Assembly: GCA_012515515.1 (NCBI GenBank)
Contig: JAAYYE010000010.1
Coordinates: 18,258-82,257, forward strand
Length of the DNA: 64,000 bases
From: Minisyncoccota bacterium
GTDB taxonomy: Bacteria > Patescibacteriota > Microgenomatia > UBA1400 > PJMF01
Direction: 5' to 3'
Position 1 is the first letter of the stretch; each line of letters opens with the position of its first letter. Under the pieces are notes generated by a model. That model did not search any database, was not told the DNA's origin, and worked only from the letters and a program-made list of their open reading frames with translations. Made by a program: the position numbers and the translations under genes. Below, one piece after another: positions 37,584 through 46,564 of the stretch.

Positions 37584-39671
37584 ATGAATTTTCAAGCTCT
37601 TTTTCAACCACAATCAATTGCCATCGTTGGGGCATCAAGCAGAGAAAAAACTGTTGGCAATGATGTCGTAAAAAACTTGGTGCAACAGGGATTTGCTGGA
37701 CAGATTTTTCCCATTAATCCAAAAATTGACGAACTATACGGTGTCAAAGTCTATCATGATATCAAAGACCTAGATCAAAAAATTGACTTAGTGGTGGTGG
37801 CCATTCCGGCTAAATTTGTTAATTCAGCCATCGAGGAAGCAGCCAAAAAAGGCGCTCAAGCCGCAATAGTTATCTCTGCTGGTTTTAAAGAAGCGGGCAA
37901 TTTTGCCCTGGAACAAGAATTGGCTGAAACTTGCAAGCGCCACAATATAATTTTAGTTGGTCCAAATTGTCTAGGAGTCATTAATGCTGAGCAAAAAATG
38001 AATGCTTCTTTTGCCGCCATTATGCCTGAAGTAGGCAATGTGGCATTTATGTCGCAAAGTGGAGCCCTGTGTACAGCAGTGCTAGATTACGCCAAAGAAT
38101 TGGGTTTAGGTTTTTCAAAATTTATTAGTATTGGTAATAAAGCTGCTTTAGATGAGTTGGCCTTAATTCAATATTTACATGAAGATCCCCAGACAAAAGT
38201 AATTTGTATTTATGCTGAGGCTCTTGATAATGCTCCAGCCATTATTGCTAGTTTGAAAAAACTTAATCGAGGTAAGAATCCTAAGCCTGTTATTATTTTA
38301 AAATCAGGCAAGACTGAAGCTGGAGCCAGTGCCATTGCTTCTCATACTGGTTCTTTGAGTGGAGGAGACAATGCTTATCAGGCTTTATTTGATCAGGCAG
38401 GCATAATTCGTGCTCAATCAATCAGTGAATTGTTTGATTTAGCATCGGTGATGAGTACTAATCCATTAAAAGCAATTAAAAGCGTCACCATTGTGACAAA
38501 TGCTGGTGGACCAGGTGTATTAACCACTGATGCAATCATCGAAAATGGTTTGACAATGGCTGAATTAGAGAAAAATACCGTTAAAAAATTAAGAGAATTT
38601 TTACCTGCAGCTGCTAATGTTCACAACCCTGTTGATGTTTTAGGTGATGCTGTTGGTGAGGTCTATGAAAAAACCCTCAATGTGCTTAGTGAAGACAAAA
38701 ATACTGATGCAATATTATTACTTTTAACCCCTCAGAGCATGACTGAACCAGTTGAAACTGCTAGAGCTGTGGTGAATTTACGAAAAAAAACAGATAAGGC
38801 CATTGTTGTCTCACTCATGGGTCGAGATTTAGTTGCTGGGGGAGTGAAATTGTTAAGGGATAATAAAATTGCTAACACCACCTTTCCTGAATCAGCAGCA
38901 CTGGGCTTGGGAGCCTTGGCTAAATTTGTCGCTTGGACAAAAATTAAGGAGAGTGGGGTAAAGGTGTTTGCAGATGTTGATCGGGAAAAAGTTGCTAAAA
39001 TCTTTCAAGAAGCGAGAAAAGTGGGTAAAACTAGTTTTCCTGAAGCAGAAGCCATGGAAATTTTACGTGCCTATAATTTCCCCTTATTAAAAAGTGCCAC
39101 AGCTAAGTCTGCTAAAGAGGCTAAAAAAATTCTCAGTGAATTTAATTGCGCTGCAGCAATGAAAATTGTTTCACCAGACATTTTACACAAGAGTGACGTT
39201 GGCGGAGTTATGCTCAATGTAACAGCAGATACAGTTGAGAGTAAATTTACGGAAATGATGACTGTTGTGGCAAAAAATATGCCTCAGGCAAAACTTGAAG
39301 GAGTCTTATTAATGGAAATGGCGCCTCAGGGCCATGAAACAATTTTAGGTATTAATAAAAATTCATTAGGCAGTATGTTGATGTTTGGTTTGGGCGGCAT
39401 TTACGTCGAAGTTTTTAAGGATGTGACCTTTGCTTTCCCACCATTAACACTCTTAGAAATCAAAAAAATGGTTAATGGCTTAAAATCGAGTAGTATTTTT
39501 GCAGGAACTCGAGGACAGCAGGCAATTGATCAAGAGAGTTTGATTTCGGCCATTGCTCGCCTAGCCCAATTAAGTAGTGATTTTCCTGAAATTAAAGAAT
39601 TAGACATCAATCCTTTGTTATTAAGCGCTAGTGGGGCCAAAGTGCTCGATGCGCGGATTGTGATCGATTAA
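37584..39671 (+). CDS. Acetyl-CoA synthetase (ADP-forming), fused alpha/beta (ACD family)
   Basis: N-terminal CoA-binding domain (IAIVGASSREKTVGN), a succinyl-CoA-synthetase-like flavodoxin domain, and a C-terminal ATP-grasp. Adjacent to pflAB. Confidence 0.8.
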   Translation: MNFQALFQPQSIAIVGASSREKTVGNDVVKNLVQQGFAGQIFPINPKIDELYGVKVYHDIKDLDQKIDLVVVAIPAKFVNSAIEEAAKKGAQAAIVISAGFKEAGNFALEQELAETCKRHNIILVGPNCLGVINAEQKMNASFAAIMPEVGNVAFMSQSGALCTAVLDYAKELGLGFSKFISIGNKAALDELALIQYLHEDPQTKVICIYAEALDNAPAIIASLKKLNRGKNPKPVIILKSGKTEAGASAIASHTGSLSGGDNAYQALFDQAGIIRAQSISELFDLASVMSTNPLKAIKSVTIVTNAGGPGVLTTDAIIENGLTMAELEKNTVKKLREFLPAAANVHNPVDVLGDAVGEVYEKTLNVLSEDKNTDAILLLLTPQSMTEPVETARAVVNLRKKTDKAIVVSLMGRDLVAGGVKLLRDNKIANTTFPESAALGLGALAKFVAWTKIKESGVKVFADVDREKVAKIFQEARKVGKTSFPEAEAMEILRAYNFPLLKSATAKSAKEAKKILSEFNCAAAMKIVSPDILHKSDVGGVMLNVTADTVESKFTEMMTVVAKNMPQAKLEGVLLMEMAPQGHETILGINKNSLGSMLMFGLGGIYVEVFKDVTFAFPPLTLLEIKKMVNGLKSSSIFAGTRGQQAIDQESLISAIARLAQLSSDFPEIKELDINPLLLSASGAKVLDARIVID

Positions 39672-39672
39672 T

Positions 39673-40803
39673 ATGACAAGAGCCTTATATGCCCTTTCTG
39701 GAGATCCAATTACTCATGGACATCTAGATGTTATTAAGCGAGCAGCCAAGGCTTTTGATCAGTTAATTGTTGCGATTGGCATTAATCCACTTAAAAATTA
39801 TTTATTTACCCTAGAAGAACGCAAAGAAATGGCTCAGCGGAGCCTGGCACAATATAAAAATGTCAAGGTGCTTTCATTTACTGGTTTATTGGTGGATTTT
39901 GCCTATGAAAATAATGTTGATTTTATTATTAAAGGGGTCAGGAGCAACCAGGATTTTGAGTATGAACATAATTTACACCTAATGGGTGAAAGTCAACGGC
40001 TGGGGATTGACACCTTTTTATTGTTTACCAAGGCAGAATTAGCTCATATTAGTTCGAGTGCCGTTAAGGAAATTCAAAATGATCAGGGCTTGATTCAAGA
40101 TTATGTCAGCCCTTATGTTAAACAATGTTTAGAAAAAAAATTATCTAAACAATTTATTATTGGTTTGACTGGAGAAATTGGCAGTGGTAAGAGTTATATT
40201 GGTCAGGAACTAGTTAAGCTGGCCGAGGCAGATCAGATTGTTGCTCATAACATCGAGTTAGATTTGATTTCCTCCCAAATTCAAGAGAATTTAAGTGAAG
40301 AAAAATATAAATTAGTCAGACAAGAGATTATCAAAAATTTTGGTCAAGAAGTTTGTAAAAAAGATGGTGGTCTTGATCGAAAAGCTTTGGGAGAAATTGT
40401 TTTTGCCGATAGCAAGAAACTCAGTAAATTAAATGAAATTATGCACACGCCTATTTTAGTGAGATTGCGTAAAGAATTAAAAAAGAAACAAGGTTTAATC
40501 ATACTCAACGCTGCCTTGTTAGCCGAAACCAAGATGATGGACTTAAGCAACTATAATTTAATTTTACTAAATGTTGATGAGGCAACCCAAGAAAAACGCT
40601 TAATTGAGCGTGGTTTAAATAAAGAACAAATTAAGCGTCGTTTGGCAAGTCAGTATGATTTTGCCAAAAAGAAAAAAATCATTAAACAAGCCATTGATCA
40701 TCACCAACACGGACAATTATTTATTTTGGAAAACGGTGTTAGTGCTGATAAGCAAGAACTTAATCTCTTGTGGCAAAAAGTTAAAGAATATTTTGCTCTC
40801 TAA
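39673..40803 (+). CDS. Bifunctional phosphopantetheine adenylyltransferase / dephospho-CoA kinase (CoaD-CoaE fusion)
   Basis: N-terminal PPAT motif (ALSGDPITHGHLDVIKRA); C-terminal DPCK P-loop (IGLTGEIGSGKS). Single uninterrupted ORF. Confidence 0.8.
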   Translation: MTRALYALSGDPITHGHLDVIKRAAKAFDQLIVAIGINPLKNYLFTLEERKEMAQRSLAQYKNVKVLSFTGLLVDFAYENNVDFIIKGVRSNQDFEYEHNLHLMGESQRLGIDTFLLFTKAELAHISSSAVKEIQNDQGLIQDYVSPYVKQCLEKKLSKQFIIGLTGEIGSGKSYIGQELVKLAEADQIVAHNIELDLISSQIQENLSEEKYKLVRQEIIKNFGQEVCKKDGGLDRKALGEIVFADSKKLSKLNEIMHTPILVRLRKELKKKQGLIILNAALLAETKMMDLSNYNLILLNVDEATQEKRLIERGLNKEQIKRRLASQYDFAKKKKIIKQAIDHHQHGQLFILENGVSADKQELNLLWQKVKEYFAL

Positions 40804-40820
40804 TTTACTTGCTCTCTAAT

Positions 40821-41588
40821 TTAGAAAATTAGTTCGATAGAAATCGGGCAGTGATCTGATCCTAGTACTTGCTCATGAATCGTGGCTGCTTGCAAATTTT
40901 TAAGCAATGGCTGGCTAACAAAAAAATAGTCAATTCTCCAACCGACGTTGCGTTGTCTCGCTCCACTTCTTTGACTCCACCAGGTGTATGCCTCAGTTTT
41001 GTTAGGATAAAAATGCCGATAACTATCAATAAAACCCAATTCTAAAAGTTGGTCAATCCACTTTCTTTCTTCTGCTAAAAATCCAGAAATTTTTTCATTA
41101 GCTTTTGGTCTAGCTAGATCAATTTCTCGATGCGCAGTATTAACATCACCAGTGATAATAATATTTGCCTGTTGTTTTTTTAGCGTCTTTAAATAGTCAA
41201 GCAGATAGTAATAATAGTCCATTTTATAAGCTAGTCTTTCCTTGCTGGCTTTACCATTAGGGAAATAGATATTAAATAAGACGAAGTTTGGATAATAGTG
41301 AATAATTGTTCGACCTTCTCGATCAAAGCGTTTCTCGCCTAAGCCAATTTGAATTTTTGTGGGTTTTATTGAGGTATAAGTGGCTGTTCCGCTGTAACCT
41401 GCTTTTTCTGCACTGGCAAAACTGACTTGAAAATTATCAATATCTGTTAGTTCAAAACCAAGCTGATCGGGATGAGCTTTTGTTTCTTGAAGACATAAAA
41501 TATCTGGTTTTTCATTCGCTACCCACTCCAAAAAACCCTTTTTTAAAATTGCTCTAATGCCATTGACATTCCACGAATAAATTTTCAT
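40821..41588 (-). CDS. xth: Exodeoxyribonuclease III (AP endonuclease, Xth family)
   Basis: MKIYSWNVNGIRA N-terminus, ... LCLQETK ..., C-terminal SDHCPI. Confidence 0.9.
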   Translation of the reverse strand: MKIYSWNVNGIRAILKKGFLEWVANEKPDILCLQETKAHPDQLGFELTDIDNFQVSFASAEKAGYSGTATYTSIKPTKIQIGLGEKRFDREGRTIIHYYPNFVLFNIYFPNGKASKERLAYKMDYYYYLLDYLKTLKKQQANIIITGDVNTAHREIDLARPKANEKISGFLAEERKWIDQLLELGFIDSYRHFYPNKTEAYTWWSQRSGARQRNVGWRIDYFFVSQPLLKNLQAATIHEQVLGSDHCPISIELIF

Positions 41589-41634
41589 ATGCCTTATTAT
41601 AGCGAAAATACCGACGATGGTTTATTATAGTTGA

Positions 41635-42600
41635 GTGGCAGAATACTTCAATGCTTTAGATCACGCTGTTTATTTTACTTTAGCTTATAGCGATGTCTTT
41701 AATTTCCCCTTAACTAAAGAGGAAATTATAGCGCGCTTACCAGTGGTTTGGGATTGGCCATATCTTACAGATCAGCGAATCAAAACCCAAAAATTGCTTC
41801 TTGATTCAAGCGAAAATAGTGTTGAAAAAAGTTTGCTTAAGTTAGAGAAAAAGCAAAAAATTGATAAAAAACAATTAAGAAATACCAGCTATTATTTCTT
41901 AAAAAACCGCCAAAAATTGCTTGTCCAAAGATTAAAAAAGCAAGAAATTGCTCAGCTGAGACAAAGCGCAATTGATCAAGTTAGTAATTACTTGAGTAAA
42001 TTCCCCACAATTAGCGCTCTCGCCTTGACTGGGGCTAGTGCAGTTAATAATGCCAAGCTAGATGATGATTTAGATTTTTGTATTATTGTTAAAAAAAATA
42101 CCCTGTGGATAACCCGCTTTTTTGTCATTTTATTAACGAAAATTCTTCATAAACAGCCACAAATTATTCTGCAGACAAAAGAAAATAACAAACAAGCTTG
42201 GTGTTTTAACTTATGGTTAGATGAAAATAAATTAAATATGGCTAAGAGAGGTCTTAGCATATTTCAAAGTTATGAACTTAAACAAATGTCCTGGTTATTT
42301 GATCGGGCCGATATTAAGCAAAAAATATTACTAGCTAATCCACAACTTGTATCATTAATTGATGTAGCAAGTCAAAATGGTTCAGCTGTGATTACTAGTG
42401 ACAATATTTTTGATTATTTAAGGAAGCTATTAAATTATATTTTCTATTTCATTCAATGCTTTTATCGATATTTTAAATTTGGTAGAGAAAATTATGACTT
42501 AAGTCTTTACCAAGCTCATTTTAATGATCTCAGTCGTCAAAAACACATTTTTCAAAAAATTAAGAGAAAAATGACCAAAAATGATTTTTCTGATTTTTAA
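41635..42600 (+). CDS. Hypothetical protein with a Pol-beta-superfamily nucleotidyltransferase-like motif
   Basis: ALTGASAVNNAKLDDDLDFCII matches the G[SA]-x9-13-[DE]h[DE]h pattern. Nothing else is recognisable. Confidence 0.35.
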   Translation: MAEYFNALDHAVYFTLAYSDVFNFPLTKEEIIARLPVVWDWPYLTDQRIKTQKLLLDSSENSVEKSLLKLEKKQKIDKKQLRNTSYYFLKNRQKLLVQRLKKQEIAQLRQSAIDQVSNYLSKFPTISALALTGASAVNNAKLDDDLDFCIIVKKNTLWITRFFVILLTKILHKQPQIILQTKENNKQAWCFNLWLDENKLNMAKRGLSIFQSYELKQMSWLFDRADIKQKILLANPQLVSLIDVASQNGSAVITSDNIFDYLRKLLNYIFYFIQCFYRYFKFGRENYDLSLYQAHFNDLSRQKHIFQKIKRKMTKNDFSDF

Positions 42601-43486
42601 AGTATTTAGCTTTTTTGCAGGCTGTAAACCAAGTTCTGTCCTATTTTTCCTCCAAGTAATTTTTATTTTAGTCATGATCATATTGCTTCTTGTAGCAATT
42701 AATTTAGTCCAACGCCAATTATGCTTGAGAAAAATTCGCTCAATTATTAGTAATTATTATGATTTTTTAATCAGCTCGCTCTCATTAATTGATGCTGGAA
42801 AAATTTCTTGTTTATTAGCCAATAATTTTAAAAATAATTTAACATCCTTACGCTTGATTGCTGATTCCTTTCAAGACCCAGAGTTTTTTCAAAACAAAGA
42901 GCAGCTTAATAAATATTTAATGATGGCGGAAACACTATTGCTCAAAATGAAAAAAAGAGAAGATTTATTGAATAGGCAATTAACTCCAAAGCAAGATCCC
43001 CTCCTTTTTGAATTAGTAGAAGAGATTGAGTCCCTCTTAAGCTTATATCAAGGCGTTTTAAGGGAAAATAAAATAAGACTTTATTTTATTAGTGATAAAA
43101 AATTTCGAATTTTTGCTCATGAAGACTACTTACTACTAGTAATTAATAGACTAATTTTAAAATCTGTTGAATCATTAATCTTATCTGATCAAAAAGAAAA
43201 ATATATAAAAATATCCTTAGTTAAAAGTAAAAATTTACTAAAAATAAATATTGAAAACAATGCAGCAATTAATAATTTTCCTCAAAGTAAAAAATTACAA
43301 TTTAAAAAGAATTGTCTCAGTCAAAAAAATATCACTCTCAACTTTCTTGACGCGATTATGTCTCAATATTTTCAAGAAAGAATTAGCATGACAAGACTGA
43401 AAAACCAAAATGTTTTGCTATCCATAAAAATTAAAAAATCATTTATTTTGGCTGAGTCGAAATTAAAGGTGAGGCTTAAAATGTGA
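42581..43486 (+). CDS. Membrane protein with a degenerate histidine-kinase-like ATPase region (2 N-terminal TM; no H-box)
   Basis: Two N-terminal hydrophobic helices. The C-terminal pattern resembles HATPase N-box/G1 (LLLVINRLILKSVESL ... KINIENNAAI), but no conserved His box or G2 box is present. Overlaps the upstream gene by 20 nt, and its stop abuts tRNA-Gln. Confidence 0.35.
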   Translation: MIFLIFKVFSFFAGCKPSSVLFFLQVIFILVMIILLLVAINLVQRQLCLRKIRSIISNYYDFLISSLSLIDAGKISCLLANNFKNNLTSLRLIADSFQDPEFFQNKEQLNKYLMMAETLLLKMKKREDLLNRQLTPKQDPLLFELVEEIESLLSLYQGVLRENKIRLYFISDKKFRIFAHEDYLLLVINRLILKSVESLILSDQKEKYIKISLVKSKNLLKINIENNAAINNFPQSKKLQFKKNCLSQKNITLNFLDAIMSQYFQERISMTRLKNQNVLLSIKIKKSFILAESKLKVRLKM

Positions 43487-43556
43487 TCCCGGGCCAGGAT
43501 TCGAACCTGGAATAATTGATTCAGAGTCAATGGTGATGCCATTTCACTACCCGGGA
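43486..43556 (-). tRNA. tRNA-Gln (anticodon CTG), no encoded CCA
   Basis: Reverse complement: acceptor TCCCGGG/CCCGGGA (U1-A72, typical of Gln), D-arm GTGA/TCAC, anticodon stem ATTGA/TCAAT with loop CTCTGAA (CTG), T-arm CCAGG-TTCGAAT-CCTGG. Confidence 0.7.
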
Positions 43557-43645
43557 ATTTGTATTTTTTTTAAAATTTTAACTTAACTTTATCTTTCTCA
43601 ATTAGAATCTAATCATTATTATATAACAGAAGGCATTGTAATGAG

Positions 43646-44341
43646 ATGTATAAAATATTAATTCTAGAAGATGATCTAAATTTATTAAATACCTTACAAG
43701 GGGTACTCAAAAAAGCTGGCTATCAAGTTGATCTGGCGCAAAAGCTCTCTAGAGCGGAAGAATTAGTTGCAGAGCAAGATTATGATTTGCTAATTTTTGA
43801 TCGTCTAATTGGTCAAGAAGATAGTGCTAATTTTTTAGAAGAAATTAAAAATGAAAAAAAATTTCTTCGGATATTAGTGATTAGTCACAAAAAACTTCTT
43901 CCTGACCGACTTTTATCACTCAAAGTCGCGGATGATTTTTTAGCCAAACCCTTTGTCCTTAATGAATTTCTGCTTAAAGTCAAAAATTTACTATCTCGCT
44001 CTAAACTGAGTGTTGAAGATAGTTTTGCTTGTCCATATTTTTTTCTGAATGATTCCGGGATTTTACAGAGTGCTAAAAATAAGCAAAGCTTCTATTTGCC
44101 AAAAAAAGAAAAACTGATTTTAGAATGTTTATTGTTGCATCAAAATCAGGCTGTTAGCTATCAAAGCATTATGAATTATGTTTGGCCTAATTTAGATAAT
44201 TTACCACAACAACGAACTCTTAATGTCTATGTAAGAAGAATTAGATTAAAAATTGGTAATTTCGGTCAATATATTAAAACTATTCGAGATTATGGTTTTA
44301 TTTTAGATTGTAGCCAAGCGGAATCTCAACAAAAGCAGTAG
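43646..44341 (+). CDS. Two-component response regulator, OmpR/PhoB family
   Basis: Receiver domain (ILILEDD ... DLLIFDRLI ... LVISHK) plus a C-terminal winged-helix trans_reg_C (VWPNLDNLPQQRTLNVYVRRIRLKIGN). Confidence 0.8.
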   Translation: MYKILILEDDLNLLNTLQGVLKKAGYQVDLAQKLSRAEELVAEQDYDLLIFDRLIGQEDSANFLEEIKNEKKFLRILVISHKKLLPDRLLSLKVADDFLAKPFVLNEFLLKVKNLLSRSKLSVEDSFACPYFFLNDSGILQSAKNKQSFYLPKKEKLILECLLLHQNQAVSYQSIMNYVWPNLDNLPQQRTLNVYVRRIRLKIGNFGQYIKTIRDYGFILDCSQAESQQKQ

Positions 44342-44930
44342 ATCCCTGATCTTTTTTACTAATAAATTTAATTGTTCCTGAAAATTTATTTTTAATAATT
44401 CTTTTAGAATAAAAAATTCCTACGCCTTGGTGATCATCTTTGAGAGAATAAAATTTTCTACCTAGCAACTGTTGCTCTAACCAGCTCATTCCACTTCCTC
44501 CATCTGTTATTGCAATTTGCAAATTTTCTTTGGCAATTTGTGTTTTAACTAACACTATTTTATTAACATTTGTTGATCGATAAGCTTCAACCGCATTATT
44601 AAGTAAACAATTAATTACTTCCTGAAATAGCAACTTATTGCCACTTAAAATAAGGTCATTACTTTGTTTTAACTGTTTAGTGTAGGAAACATCCTGATGA
44701 AAGCATTGATTCAGTAAAATAATTTCCACCAAAGCATCATTGACTGTAAATGACTCCCTATTTCTTTCGCTATTAAGTAGATTTTTTAAATAATTGGCGC
44801 TTAATAATATCTCTTTAAGATTGCGAGTATTATTTTTTTCACTCAAGGCTAATTGGCTATTTAGTAAGATATTGGACAGAGGAGTGCTGGCAGCATGTTT
44901 AAAAAAGTCAAAATGTGAGAAGTGCTTCAT
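44298..44930 (-). CDS. Soluble sensor-less histidine kinase (DHp + HATPase_c only)
   Basis: H-box KHAASTPLSNI, N-box LLNNAVEAY, G1 ITDGGSGMS, G2 GVGIFYSKRII. No TM or sensor domain. Its 3' end overlaps the convergent response-regulator gene by 44 nt. Confidence 0.6.
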   Translation of the reverse strand: MKHFSHFDFFKHAASTPLSNILLNSQLALSEKNNTRNLKEILLSANYLKNLLNSERNRESFTVNDALVEIILLNQCFHQDVSYTKQLKQSNDLILSGNKLLFQEVINCLLNNAVEAYRSTNVNKIVLVKTQIAKENLQIAITDGGSGMSWLEQQLLGRKFYSLKDDHQGVGIFYSKRIIKNKFSGTIKFISKKDQGSTAFVEIPLGYNLK

Positions 44931-45010
44931 AAAGCCCCTTTCTGTAAAACAAATAATAAATCACAGTTTACAGACCATACATAAAATTAACGTAAAGTTT
45001 TTAGTAAAAC

Positions 45011-46564
45011 TTACTTTTTTGGGATTAAAAAGCTAATGTCCCACAGTTGCAAGCAAGGTGCTTCGTTGGGACGACAGTATTCGTGTAGTAAATAGCGCTT
45101 ATCTAAATCAATTCTTAATCGATGTGAATTAACCAGCAGCCAAACGTTTTTATAATTACGACTTTTTTCAATAAAATTCTCGGGAATAGCTGAGATTGGT
45201 TGACCAATACCTTCTACCACTAAATTAGTAAGGTTTTTTTGATGCAAATACATTAGTATCCCATCAGGCAAAGTCCCGAAATAGCCCTCTGTAGCGACCG
45301 CTAGGCTCTGCTTTTCTTTACTTTCCAGCATTAATTGACTGACCTCATAAATACCCTGACCACTAGACCATTCTTCTAAATATTGAGCCCGATCAGCTCG
45401 GCTGAAAGGAATATCATCAATAGAAAAATAACTGGGAATAATGAATCCAAAACTTTGAATGAGAATTGAGATTGCAAGTAAGCCTCCTATAATTCGATAA
45501 ATTAATTTTTTTTGTGTGAATAAATAAGTTAAATTTAGAGCAGCTGAAATAATTAAAAAAAGACTGGCAGGCAATAAATATCTTGGATAAATAATTTTTC
45601 CCATACAAGCTAGGGGTAAAATAAAAGCCAAAAAAGAGGTTAATAATAGAAGTTGTTCTTTGCGCTGCTCTTTGTTAAAAAAAACAAAGGCTAACAACAG
45701 CAAGCCCAAAGCAAAATATTGTAAATATTGCTCAATAAAAAATTTAAGATTATTAAAAGTGGTATTAATCACTTCTATTTTAAATAATGAACTAAGTGGA
45801 TGTAAAAAATCTCCGCCTCGACTAAATATCTGTGGGAAAACCGCTAGACGTTTAAAACTATAAAAAAGCAAAAGACCTAAACCAAGAGCCAAAGCCAAAG
45901 CCAAAATATTTTTACCCAAACTCTTGACATCAAATTTTTTAGAATAAAAAAATAAAACAAATAAAACAAGTAAACTTGGAATAAATAAGAGTGCGCTTAA
46001 TTTACTAAATAAAGCTAAAAAAAAGCTGAGACTTAATAAGAGTAAATATTTTAATTTAATATTTTTGAGAAATTTTAAGCCGAAGTAAAAACTTAAATTT
46101 AAATTAAAAAATAATAAAGCATCGGTTAAAGCCATACGATGATGAAAAAAAGTAAAAGGTGAAAGGATAGTCATTAACATGGCCAAATATTGCACTAGCT
46201 GTTGTTGCTTAGTATCTTTGCTAAATTCTTTGCCGATGAGGCCAATGATTAAGACATTGCCAGCTCCAATAAGTACAGATAAAAATCTTCCAGCAAAAAG
46301 CGGATTAGTAAACATAAACTGAAAGGGGATCATCAACCACATTTGTAAAGGGGTTTTTCCGTCATTCATCGGAAAAAATAGATAACGACGCCAGTCATCA
46401 ATGATCAACTGTGTCCAACGAATGTAGATGGCTTCATCAGCAAAAACCGGTAGTTTAATTAAACGAAACAAAGTTAGCAAAAAATAAACAATTAAAATTG
46501 CTAATAAAATCAGATAATGCTTTTTTTTAGCGCTTAGTGTTTTTAACATGTTTACTGATGACAT
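45011..46564 (-). CDS. GT-C fold membrane glycosyltransferase (ArnT/PMT_2, GT39/GT83-like)
   Basis: 10+ TM helices; first-loop acidic motif VFADEAIYIRW, typical of polyprenyl-phosphate-sugar-dependent GT-C enzymes. Confidence 0.7.
   Translation of the reverse strand: MSSVNMLKTLSAKKKHYLILLAILIVYFLLTLFRLIKLPVFADEAIYIRWTQLIIDDWRRYLFFPMNDGKTPLQMWLMIPFQFMFTNPLFAGRFLSVLIGAGNVLIIGLIGKEFSKDTKQQQLVQYLAMLMTILSPFTFFHHRMALTDALLFFNLNLSFYFGLKFLKNIKLKYLLLLSLSFFLALFSKLSALLFIPSLLVLFVLFFYSKKFDVKSLGKNILALALALGLGLLLFYSFKRLAVFPQIFSRGGDFLHPLSSLFKIEVINTTFNNLKFFIEQYLQYFALGLLLLAFVFFNKEQRKEQLLLLTSFLAFILPLACMGKIIYPRYLLPASLFLIISAALNLTYLFTQKKLIYRIIGGLLAISILIQSFGFIIPSYFSIDDIPFSRADRAQYLEEWSSGQGIYEVSQLMLESKEKQSLAVATEGYFGTLPDGILMYLHQKNLTNLVVEGIGQPISAIPENFIEKSRNYKNVWLLVNSHRLRIDLDKRYLLHEYCRPNEAPCLQLWDISFLIPKK

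Noticed and set aside
41635-43486. Interpreting the NTase-like plus 2-TM gene pair as a CBASS (CD-NTase plus TM effector) defence operon
   Set aside because: The TM protein shows a degenerate histidine-kinase-like C-terminus and sits within a two-component locus. The evidence for a CD-NTase is a single loose motif. The pair is kept as a low-confidence finding rather than called as CBASS.
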